From: Verrucomicrobiota bacterium
GTDB lineage: Bacteria; Verrucomicrobiota; Verrucomicrobiia; Limisphaerales; UBA11358
Length of the DNA stretch: 64,000 bases
Assembly (NCBI GenBank): GCA_036803685.1
Contig: DAIRTX010000008.1
Span: 2,198-66,197, forward strand
Direction of reading: 5' to 3'
Positions 9,687 to 17,287 of the stretch are shown here, piece after piece. The notes under the pieces were generated by a model. The model was not told the DNA's origin. It made no database searches and was given only the letters and a program-made list of their open reading frames with translations. A program made the translations under genes and the position numbers. The first letter of the stretch is position 1. Every line of letters starts with the position of its first letter.

Positions 9687-9758
9687 TCAAACAATCTGTG
9701 GCTGCATCTTTTCCGGATTCACGCCCAATTCCTTGATTTTGGAAAGGGCAGTTGGAAC
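9687..9758 (-). pseudogene. Ghost copy of the aceE 3' end (last ~24 codons plus stop)
   Basis: The reverse strand reads ...ALSKIKELGVNPEKMQPQIV*, against the real AceE C-terminus ...AKAIKDLGVDPEKVQPQIV*. Nucleotide identity is about 84% over the first 51 nt from the stop. Confidence 0.7.
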
Positions 9759-9924
9759 CGCCAACCATGCGAAAAACGCGAAAGATGAGTGGGGTGAGCA
9801 GAACGCACAATTCACCTGACAAGTGAATCCTCTTTGTTGCCAAACTCCTTTTCAGTTCGCGTATTTGGCATATTTCGCGGTTTGCCCTCACACCCGTGCA
9901 GGCGGGACGCGCTGCGCTACCTTA

Positions 9925-12600
9925 TCAAACGATCTGCGGCTGCACTTTTTCGGGATCCACGCCCAAGTCTTTGATGGCCTTGGCCACGACCTCCCGTTTC
10001 ACCAGACCTTTCTCCGCCAGCGCGTAAAGCGTGGCGATGACGGTGGATTCCGCGTCCACCTCAAAAAACCGGCGTAGCCGCGCCCGCGTATCGCTCCGGC
10101 CAAAGCCGTCCGTGCCCAGCGTCATCAATCCGCCCGGCACCCACGGCGCAATCTGGTCGGGCACCAACCGCATGTAATCCGACACCGCGACAAACGTCCC
10201 CTGCTCTTTCGCCAGCAACGTTTCGACGTATGATTTCTTCGGCGCGGCGGTCGGGTGCAGCATGTTCCAGCGTTTGCAGCGCAACGCGTCGGTGCGGAGC
10301 AGTTTGTAACTCGTCGCGCTCCACACGTCGGCGGAAACGCCGTAACGTTCAGCTAGAATTTCCTGCGCTTTGAGCGCCGAGTTGATGATCGGTCCGCTGC
10401 CAAAGATATGGGCTTTGTTTTTTTTGCCCTCCACGCCGGATCTGAATTTATACAGCCCTTTTAGAATGCCATCCTCGACGCCTGCCGACATCGGTGGCAT
10501 GGTGTAGTTTTCGTTGTAAAGCGAGAGGTAATAGAAAATCTCCTCGCCTTCGGCATACATTCGGCGCAGGCCGTCGGCGATGATGACGGCGATCTCGTAA
10601 GCGAACGCCGGATCGTAAGCCAGCAGCGTCGGCATGGTGCTCGCGTGCAACAAGCTGTGTCCGTCCTGATGCTGAAGACCTTCGCCATTGAGCGTGGTGC
10701 GACCGGACGTCGCGCCGAGCAAAAAGCCCTTCGCCCGGATATCGCCCGCCAGCCAGAACAAGTCACCGACGCGCTGTGGGCCAAACATCGAATAATAAAT
10801 GTAAAACGGAATCATCGGCACATCGTGTGTCGCGTAAGACGTGCCTGCCGCGATGAACGACGACATCGAACCGGCCTCGGTAATGCCTTCTTCGAGAATT
10901 TGTCCGTCTTTCTTTTCGTTGTAGTAAAGCAACGATTGGCTGTCTACGGGTTCGTAAAGCTGCCCCTTGGACGAGTAAATGCCGATGTCTTTGAACAGCG
11001 CGTCGAGGCCGAACGTGCGCGCCTCGTCGGGAATGATCGGCACGATATGTCTGCTCAGACCTTTGTGCCGCAGCAAAACGCTGATGAGCCGCACGAACGC
11101 CATCGTCGTCGAGGCTTCCGTGTTCGAGCCTTTGAAAAATTCGGCAAAATAATCGGGCTTCGGCACGTCGAGTTTCGACGCGGCGGGATTGACCTTGCGC
11201 GAGGGCAAAAAGCCGCCGAGCGTTTTGCGCCGCTCGAGCAGATACTTCGTCTCCGGGCTGTCCGCCGACGGACGATAAAACGGCGCCTCGGCGATGATGT
11301 CGTCGCTGATGGGGATGTTGAACCGCGCGCGGAACTCGCGAAGCTCCTTTTCGTTCAATTTCTTCTGCTGGTGCGTGATGTTGCGGCCTTCACCGGCCTC
11401 GCCGAGGCCGTAACCTTTCACCGTCTTTGCCAGAATCACCGTTGGCCGGCCCTTGTGCTCCAACGCGGCCTTGTAGGCGGCATGGACCTTGCGCGTGTCA
11501 TGGCCGCCGCGTAGCAGCTTGCGAATCTGGTCGTCGGTGAGGTGGTTCACCAGTTCGAGCAATTCGGGATATTTGCCGAAGAAATGCCGTCGCGTGTAGC
11601 TGCCCGGCTCGACGGAATACTTCTGGTAATCGCCGTCCACCGCCTCTTCCATGCGCTTGACGAGCAGGCCGGACTTGTCGCGCGCGAGCAAATCGTCCCA
11701 ATCACTGCCCCAAATGAGCTTGATGACGTTCCAGCCGGCGCCCAGGAACGCGGCTTCGAGTTCCTGGATGATTTTGCCGTTGCCGCGCACGGGGCCGTCC
11801 AGTCGCTGCAAATTGCAATTCACGACCCAGATTAGGTTGTCGAGGTTCTCGCGCGACGCGAGCGTGAGCGAACCGAGCGTTTCCGGTTCGTCCGATTCGC
11901 CGTCGCCAACAAAGCACCAAACTTTCGGTTCCTCCGTCCATTTCGCCAGGCCGCGCGCCTGGAGATAGCGATTAAACCGCGCCTGGTAAATAGACAGAAG
12001 CGGGCCAAGCCCCATTGAAACCGTCGGGAACTGCCAGAACTCCGGCATCAGGTACGGATGTGGATAGGACGACAACCCGCCGCCTTCAGCCAGCTCCTGA
12101 CGGAAATTCTGCAAATGCCGTTCGTCCAAACGGCCTTCGAGAAACGCACGCGCATACATGCCCGGCGCGGCGTGACCCTGGAAATAAACCAGGTCGCCGG
12201 GAAAATTCTCCGTGCGCCCGCGGAAAAAATGATTGAAGCCGACCTCGTAAAGCGTCGCTGCCGAGGCGTAGGTCGAAATGTGGCCGCCAACGTTGGTGGT
12301 GGAGTTGGCTTTGACGACCATCGCCATGGCGTTCCAGCGGACGTAGCTCTTGATCCGGCGCTCCATCTGCCAGTCACCGGGGAACGGCGGCTGTTGCTCC
12401 GGCGGAATCGTGTTGACGTAAGGCGTGTTGAAGCCGCGCGGCAATTCGGTTTGCGAAGCGCGCAGACGGTCGGTGAGTTTTTTCAGCAATTGTGCCGTCC
12501 GTTCCGGTCCCTGGTTTTCCAAGGTCAGATCGAAGACGGACTGCAGCGACTCCGCCCATTTGTCACCCGACCCGTGAATTTCTTTTTTCTCAATACTCAC
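9925..12600 (-). CDS. aceE: pyruvate dehydrogenase E1 component, homodimeric type
   Basis: 891 aa. The N-terminus ...GFNTPYVNTIPPEQQPPFPGDWQMERRIKSYVRWNAMAMVVKAN and the overall length are typical of AceE. Confidence 0.92.
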   Translation of the reverse strand: MSIEKKEIHGSGDKWAESLQSVFDLTLENQGPERTAQLLKKLTDRLRASQTELPRGFNTPYVNTIPPEQQPPFPGDWQMERRIKSYVRWNAMAMVVKANSTTNVGGHISTYASAATLYEVGFNHFFRGRTENFPGDLVYFQGHAAPGMYARAFLEGRLDERHLQNFRQELAEGGGLSSYPHPYLMPEFWQFPTVSMGLGPLLSIYQARFNRYLQARGLAKWTEEPKVWCFVGDGESDEPETLGSLTLASRENLDNLIWVVNCNLQRLDGPVRGNGKIIQELEAAFLGAGWNVIKLIWGSDWDDLLARDKSGLLVKRMEEAVDGDYQKYSVEPGSYTRRHFFGKYPELLELVNHLTDDQIRKLLRGGHDTRKVHAAYKAALEHKGRPTVILAKTVKGYGLGEAGEGRNITHQQKKLNEKELREFRARFNIPISDDIIAEAPFYRPSADSPETKYLLERRKTLGGFLPSRKVNPAASKLDVPKPDYFAEFFKGSNTEASTTMAFVRLISVLLRHKGLSRHIVPIIPDEARTFGLDALFKDIGIYSSKGQLYEPVDSQSLLYYNEKKDGQILEEGITEAGSMSSFIAAGTSYATHDVPMIPFYIYYSMFGPQRVGDLFWLAGDIRAKGFLLGATSGRTTLNGEGLQHQDGHSLLHASTMPTLLAYDPAFAYEIAVIIADGLRRMYAEGEEIFYYLSLYNENYTMPPMSAGVEDGILKGLYKFRSGVEGKKNKAHIFGSGPIINSALKAQEILAERYGVSADVWSATSYKLLRTDALRCKRWNMLHPTAAPKKSYVETLLAKEQGTFVAVSDYMRLVPDQIAPWVPGGLMTLGTDGFGRSDTRARLRRFFEVDAESTVIATLYALAEKGLVKREVVAKAIKDLGVDPEKVQPQIV

Positions 12601-12694
12601 TGTCTTCTCCGCTATTTTTCCGTTTCACAAAAAGCTCGGTAGGATTAAAACGGAACCCTACACTCAACGCCAGCGAAATCAGTGCAACTGCAAA

Positions 12695-13414
12695 ATGAAA
12701 TTACTCGATCTGACGCTTCCCTGGCCGGCCGAAAACCTGGCCTGCGACGAGGCGCTGCTCGACGCCGCGGAAACCGGTGCCGGCGACGAGGTGCTGCGTT
12801 TCTGGGAATCGCGCGAATCTTTTGTCGTTGTCGGCTACGCGAACAAAGTGGCGGCGGAAGTGAACGTTGCGGCATGCGAGACGCACGGCATCCCGGTTCT
12901 GCGACGCTGTTCCGGCGGGGGCACCGTGGTGCAAGGACCCGGCGGCCTCAACTACACGCTGGTTCTGCGAATTACCGCAGACGGCCCGCTCCACAGCATC
13001 GGCATCGCCAACCAGTTCATCATGCGCCAAAACCGCGCCGCGCTGGAATCGGTTGTGAATCGACCGGTGGCGGTGCGTGGTCATACGGATCTCACTGTCG
13101 GCGACCGCAAATTTTCCGGCAACTCCCAGCGCCGCAAAAAACACTTTCTCCTCTTTCACGGAACATTCCTGCTGAACTTCGATCTGTTACTCGTCAGCGA
13201 GCTATTGCCCATGCCATCAAAGCAACCCGATTACCGGGAGCACCGCGCGCACACCGAATTTCTGACCAACTTGAATGTCCCAGCGAATGAAGTGAAGGCC
13301 GCGTTGCGACAGACTTGGAAGGCGGAAGAACCATTAGATAATCCGCCTCTGGAAAAGATTACGGCCCTGGCGCGGGATAAATACGCCACGCGCGAATGGA
13401 ATTTTAAATTTTAG
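12695..13414 (+). CDS. lipoate-protein ligase / octanoyltransferase family protein (BPL/LPL catalytic domain)
   Basis: 239 aa with LRFWESRESFVVVGYAN...GIPVLRRCSGGGTVVQGPGGLNYTLVL and RKFSGNSQRR. It is divergent from aceE, its likely lipoylation-pathway partner. Confidence 0.75.
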   Translation: MKLLDLTLPWPAENLACDEALLDAAETGAGDEVLRFWESRESFVVVGYANKVAAEVNVAACETHGIPVLRRCSGGGTVVQGPGGLNYTLVLRITADGPLHSIGIANQFIMRQNRAALESVVNRPVAVRGHTDLTVGDRKFSGNSQRRKKHFLLFHGTFLLNFDLLLVSELLPMPSKQPDYREHRAHTEFLTNLNVPANEVKAALRQTWKAEEPLDNPPLEKITALARDKYATREWNFKF

Positions 13415-13417
13415 ATT

Positions 13418-13470
13418 GGTAGGGCTGCGCTGCCGCGCAGCCAGGCCGAGCGGCAGCTCGGCCCTACCGT
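13418..13470. repeat. GGTAGGGC...GCCCTACC palindromic REP between convergent genes (possible bidirectional terminator)
   Basis: The outer stem GGTAGGGC/GCCCTACC encloses two inner hairpins, CTGCGC-TGCC-GCGCAG and GGCCGAGC-GGCA-GCTCGGCC. Confidence 0.6.
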
Positions 13471-13475
13471 TAAAA

Positions 13476-14057
13476 TCATATCCGCTTCGCCAGTTCGGCC
13501 TGGCTCTTCGCAAAGACTTCCTTGTGCAACGAATTGCCGTGCGCGTCCATCGTGACGACGGTGGGGAAATCCTGCACTTCAAATTCCCAAATCGCCTCCG
13601 GAGCGCCGAATTCTTTCATCATGTAAACATTGCGCACCTTCTTGATGCAGTCGGCCAGCACCTGCGCCGCGCCACCGACCGCGTGCAGATACACGCAGCC
13701 GTGTTCCTTGCAAGCCGCCAGCGTCCGGTCGCCCATGCCGCCCTTGCCGATGACGCCGCGGAGGCCATATTCCTTGATGATTTGGGCCTGATACGGCTCT
13801 TCGCGGATGGAAGTGGTCGGGCCGGCGGCGGTGGCTTTCCAAGAACCGTCGTCCTGCTTCATCACGACCGGGCCGCAGTGGTAAAGAATCCCGTCGCGCA
13901 GATTCACGCCCGGCGGCAGCTTGCCGCCCTCGTGCAAATACTTGTGCATCGCGTCGCGCCCGGTGAACACGACGCCGGAAATCAAAACCTCGTCGCCGAC
14001 TTTCAGCGCCCGGATTTTTTCTTCGGTGAAGGGAAAACTCAATTTAATCATAGTCAT
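13476..14057 (-). CDS. Fe-S hydro-lyase beta subunit (class-I fumarate hydratase / tartrate dehydratase C-terminal-domain type)
   Basis: 193 aa: MTMIKLSFPFTEEKIRALKVGDEVLISGVVFTGRDAMHKYL...YHCGPVV...GVIGKGGMG...YLHAVGGAA. Confidence 0.88.
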   Translation of the reverse strand: MTMIKLSFPFTEEKIRALKVGDEVLISGVVFTGRDAMHKYLHEGGKLPPGVNLRDGILYHCGPVVMKQDDGSWKATAAGPTTSIREEPYQAQIIKEYGLRGVIGKGGMGDRTLAACKEHGCVYLHAVGGAAQVLADCIKKVRNVYMMKEFGAPEAIWEFEVQDFPTVVTMDAHGNSLHKEVFAKSQAELAKRI

Positions 14058-14069
14058 TCTTGAATTGCG

Positions 14070-14399
14070 TCAACGCTTCTTGCGCGGTGGTTCGTCCTTC
14101 AAAATCAAGGGCGCAGTTTTCCGTTCGCGATAGAGCTTCTCGCGCGTCCGACGCACCTCGGCGATGATCGGATCGTGAACCCGATACGGCTTGCCCCGGG
14201 GCCGCGGCGGTTCTGCGGCCTCGCGCGCTCGCAATCGCGCCTGCAACTCCTCCGGCGAATTCACCATCGGCCCGGCGTGAGGATGTTCCTCCAGCCATGC
14301 CTCCATCTGATCGAGGAAACGCCGCGTGTCACCGTTCGCCTCCGCCGCCAGACGTTCTTTGATGACTTCGAGTTCCTGAAGAATCGGATCGGCTTTCAT
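14070..14399 (-). CDS. small DPI(L/V)xE-motif protein, paralog 3 (internally duplicated motif); putative antitoxin-like
   Basis: 109 aa: MKADPILQELEVIKERL...HDPIIAEVRRTREKLY...LKDEPPRKKR. The last 23 nt are identical to those of the 14631 gene. Confidence 0.55.
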   Translation of the reverse strand: MKADPILQELEVIKERLAAEANGDTRRFLDQMEAWLEEHPHAGPMVNSPEELQARLRAREAAEPPRPRGKPYRVHDPIIAEVRRTREKLYRERKTAPLILKDEPPRKKR

Positions 14400-14405
14400 G
14401 GAAAA

Positions 14406-14618
14406 CTAGCCTTCTTGCTTTGGCTGGTCGCGGAGCATCAGTGCATTTTCCCGGCTTTCCGCCCATTCGTTTGCGTCCTTCACGAGAGGATGCGCCGGGT
14501 CCTCCATGCGCTCGCGCGTTCGCAAGTCGGCGAAAATGGCGTGGATGTCGTAGTTAAACTGGCGTGCCAGTTTATCCCGGATGCGTCGCACTTCTTCTAC
14601 AATCGGATCGTCATTCAT
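14406..14618 (-). CDS. small DPIVEEVRR-motif protein, paralog 2; putative antitoxin-like
   Basis: 70 aa: MNDDPIVEEVRRIRDKLARQFNYDIHAIFADLRTRE... This pattern is one I recognise from small ORFs next to PIN genes in Planctomycetota and Verrucomicrobiota, from memory and unverified. Confidence 0.55.
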   Translation of the reverse strand: MNDDPIVEEVRRIRDKLARQFNYDIHAIFADLRTRERMEDPAHPLVKDANEWAESRENALMLRDQPKQEG

Positions 14619-14630
14619 ATTGACCCTGCT

Positions 14631-14876
14631 TCAACGCTTCTTGCGCGGTGGTTTGTCGTTGAGAACCATTGCCGCCTGCGCAACGCGTTGGCGTTCTTTC
14701 TCGGCCACGAGTTGGCGCAGTTCTTCCGCCGAACGGATCACTTTTCGCCCCGCCTTTTCCTCGGCGTTGGTGATTTTGTCCAACTTCGCAAAATAAGCAG
14801 CCGGGTCGGCGGCCATTTCGCGCGACAACTGGTCTTTGACGCGCCAGAGTTCTTCAAGTATCGGGTCAGCTTTCAT
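14631..14876 (-). CDS. small DPILEEL-motif protein, paralog 1; putative antitoxin-like
   Basis: 81 aa from the internal ATG: MKADPILEELWRVKDQLSREMA...LNDKPPRKKR. It starts 4 nt after the PIN stop. The track ORF (to 14975) overlaps the PIN gene and is probably over-extended. Confidence 0.55.
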   Translation of the reverse strand: MKADPILEELWRVKDQLSREMAADPAAYFAKLDKITNAEEKAGRKVIRSAEELRQLVAEKERQRVAQAAMVLNDKPPRKKR

Positions 14877-14880
14877 CGTC

Positions 14881-15351
14881 TCATATTTCCATGAGTTCTT
14901 CCGGTGTGCAAACGCGCGGCAGGTGTAAGCCGCGTTCGGCAATAAATTTTTCCAGCCGATGCAAAACCAGCGCATTGACCAGATGCCGGAAATTCCACGT
15001 CAGCAGATAGTCTACCGCAGCACAGGTGGCGACCGCCAGATGATTCGCATCCGCACGGGCAACGGCGGGAAACAATCCGCGCTCCAGCAAATCTGCCGCG
15101 AGCTTGGCGCTTTCCGCTCCGCCCGAAATCAACGGCAATCCCTGCAACACAGCCATCCGCTTCGCCGCCATGCCGGCATCTCCCTCCATCGCCTCGGCGA
15201 TGACTTCCTGCGAAATCACACAGGCGAACTGCCCGCGCTGCTCCGCCCACCATTCCTTTGTGAGTTGCTGCCGCCAGGCCGTCACCGGATTACGGCTCGA
15301 CCGCGCCACCAGATAACTAACCATGCTCGTCTCAATGTAAACCGATTCCAT
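14881..15351 (-). CDS. PIN-domain protein, VapC-like type II toxin
   Basis: 156 aa: MESVYIETSMVSYLVARSSRNP...ADANHLAVATCAAVDYLLTWNFRHLVN...CTPEELMEI. This architecture matches a VapC-family group I recognise. Confidence 0.7.
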   Translation of the reverse strand: MESVYIETSMVSYLVARSSRNPVTAWRQQLTKEWWAEQRGQFACVISQEVIAEAMEGDAGMAAKRMAVLQGLPLISGGAESAKLAADLLERGLFPAVARADANHLAVATCAAVDYLLTWNFRHLVNALVLHRLEKFIAERGLHLPRVCTPEELMEI

Positions 15352-15354
15352 ATT

Positions 15355-15465
15355 TCAGTAAACTGCATCGCGCCCGGTGAACACGACACCGGAAATCAAC
15401 ACCTCGTCGCCGACTTTCAGCGCGCGGATTTTTTCTTCGGTGAAGGGAAAAGTTAATTTTTTCAT
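15355..15465 (-). pseudogene. Ghost copy 2 of the hydro-lyase beta gene 5' end (36 codons plus stop)
   Basis: It encodes MKKLTFPFTEEKIRALKVGDEVLISGVVFTGRDA-VY*. The roughly 80-nt core differs from the functional copy only at synonymous positions. The stop (15355-15357) lies 3 nt before the PIN ATG (15349-15351). Confidence 0.85.
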
Positions 15466-15503
15466 GGGATATCCGGCTTAAAAAGCATTCCGTTGGTTCA
15501 AAC

Positions 15504-16196
15504 TCATCCCTTGGTCCGGGGTTTGGTTGGAGAAAACAAAACGAACACCTTTACGTCGAAGGCCCGAAACAGGTCGCGAAACCGGGTTTCGATCATCTGT
15601 TTGGCGTCGCCCACCGCCAGGGTTGACTCGGCGCTTTTGCGGGCCTTCTCTTTGAGTTGAATCAATATCTGCTGGTGATCGCCGGTGGTCAGCCAGTTGA
15701 GATAACCGTCTTCCTCCAGATAGTAATTTGCCTCCGGGTTGATGGTTTCCAGCGACAGGATTTTGGGTTCGGGCAGGATGATGGTCACCACCTGGTTGGA
15801 CGGGTTGTAGGCGGCGAAAAATTTGGCGGCCAGATCGAACCCGATTTTTGCCACAAACGTCTGCTCCGCAATGATGCGTTTGGTGCTATGCAGATCGGTT
15901 TTTTTATAATCGATTATCTCGCAAATATTTCTTTGCAGCACCGCCAGTTCGGCGATGGGCGTGGCGTCACAGACGGTGGTCGAAGAAACCACATTGACCT
16001 GCGACTGGAAAATGGCCTTGAAGGCATCAATCCCGTGTTTGCCAAAATCAAACACCTGTTCAACGATTTTGCCGGGAGCTTCCACCGTCTTTACCGCCAC
16101 CCTTGTAACCGGCCGGACCACCGTCAGGTAAATGGCAAAGGCAACCGCCACAATCAACAAGGCGATGCCGATAAAAATCGTAAGCGTCTTATTCAT
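15504..16196 (-). CDS. DUF4230-like membrane-anchored protein
   Basis: 230 aa with a single N-terminal TM (LTIFIGIALLIVAVAFAIYLTVV). The body resembles DUF4230 (...IAELAVLQRNICEIIDYKK...VAKIGFDL...). Confidence 0.55.
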   Translation of the reverse strand: MNKTLTIFIGIALLIVAVAFAIYLTVVRPVTRVAVKTVEAPGKIVEQVFDFGKHGIDAFKAIFQSQVNVVSSTTVCDATPIAELAVLQRNICEIIDYKKTDLHSTKRIIAEQTFVAKIGFDLAAKFFAAYNPSNQVVTIILPEPKILSLETINPEANYYLEEDGYLNWLTTGDHQQILIQLKEKARKSAESTLAVGDAKQMIETRFRDLFRAFDVKVFVLFSPTKPRTKG

Positions 16197-16199
16197 GTC

Positions 16200-16322
16200 T
16201 CAATCTCCCAATTCACATCTCGCGTCACGCCCGGTGAACACGACGCCGGAAATCAAAACCTCGTCGCCGACTTTCAGCGCGCGGATTTTTTCTTCGGTGA
16301 AGGGGAAGGAAAGTTTAGTCAC
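16200..16322 (-). pseudogene. Ghost copy 3 of the hydro-lyase beta gene 5' end (GTG start, 40 codons plus stop)
   Basis: It encodes VTKLSFPFTEEKIRALKVGDEVLISGVVFTGRDA-RCELGD*. The stop (16200-16202) lies 3 nt before the DUF4230 ATG (16194-16196). Confidence 0.85.
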
Positions 16323-16344
16323 AAAATGGAATCCAGTTGGCTTA

Positions 16345-17244
16345 TCAGCGATTTCGTTTTTTGTGTTTGAGAAAAACAGCTCTCAATCGTGCCACATCCT
16401 TTTGCTTACCATTCATTTGGTGCAACATTCGGTGGCAGTTAGCGCAAACTGTTATCAAGTCCTTCGGTTTGTTTTCCACTTTGCCGCTCAACTGGCTGAG
16501 CGGCTTAAGGTGATGCGCTTCAGCAAACTCTTCGCCCAATTCGCCATAAACCTCCTCAAACTTCATTCCACAGACTTGGCAGCGAAAATCATCACGAGCT
16601 TTGCACAAGCGAGAAAGCGCGGAACTTCTCTCGCGTAAAATATGAGTTCTAACAATTTTACGATTCTCAATCCGTGGGAAATCTGAATAAACAGCTCCAG
16701 CCATTTTTGTGGAAGGCAAATTACTAAGAATTTCCTCAAAAAAGTTTACGGCCTTGCGCACAACGGAACGCACCGCTTTCGGTCTGTCTGCTTTTTGAGA
16801 ATCATAAACTCCAAAAAAGTAATGTCGCCCATAATATTCTTCGTAATACCTAGCTGCGTAATCGCGAAGATCAAAAGAATGCTTAAGTGACCAAAAACCA
16901 GATTTGACCTTCTCAAAATCATTGTTGAAGAGTTCCTTATTTGGCTTCAGGTAAGATGGAGCACCACCAATCAAGCGCTTGATTGGAGCACGCCGAGAAC
17001 AATAAAAACCGTAATAAAAACGACGGCTTTTACGCGATGGATAATGATCCAGCCAAATTTCAATGCGCGGCTGAGCACGCCCTAATCCAGCCACCGCACA
17101 AAACCAACCACCTACATAGTTTGTTCTTATCTTCAACCGACTCACAGGACTAATGGATGTTCCTTCGCACACGGCGCGCAGTTCATCTCTCAACGCTTCG
17201 GCGGCGATTCGCAATAGTTTCTTGTCGCGTCGGTTTGAGTTCAT
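16345..17244 (-). CDS. HNH endonuclease with an uncharacterised ~200-aa N-terminal domain
   Basis: 299 aa with the C-terminal CQVCGMKF...AEAHHLKPLS...VCANCHRMLH (CxxC...HH...CxxCH). The N-terminal domain has no motif I can name. Local GC is about 44% against about 60% in the flanks. Confidence 0.75.
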   Translation of the reverse strand: MNSNRRDKKLLRIAAEALRDELRAVCEGTSISPVSRLKIRTNYVGGWFCAVAGLGRAQPRIEIWLDHYPSRKSRRFYYGFYCSRRAPIKRLIGGAPSYLKPNKELFNNDFEKVKSGFWSLKHSFDLRDYAARYYEEYYGRHYFFGVYDSQKADRPKAVRSVVRKAVNFFEEILSNLPSTKMAGAVYSDFPRIENRKIVRTHILRERSSALSRLCKARDDFRCQVCGMKFEEVYGELGEEFAEAHHLKPLSQLSGKVENKPKDLITVCANCHRMLHQMNGKQKDVARLRAVFLKHKKRNR

Positions 17245-17287
17245 ACAAATTCAATTTCAAAAGCGTTAAACAAGACGCTTTTAGCGT

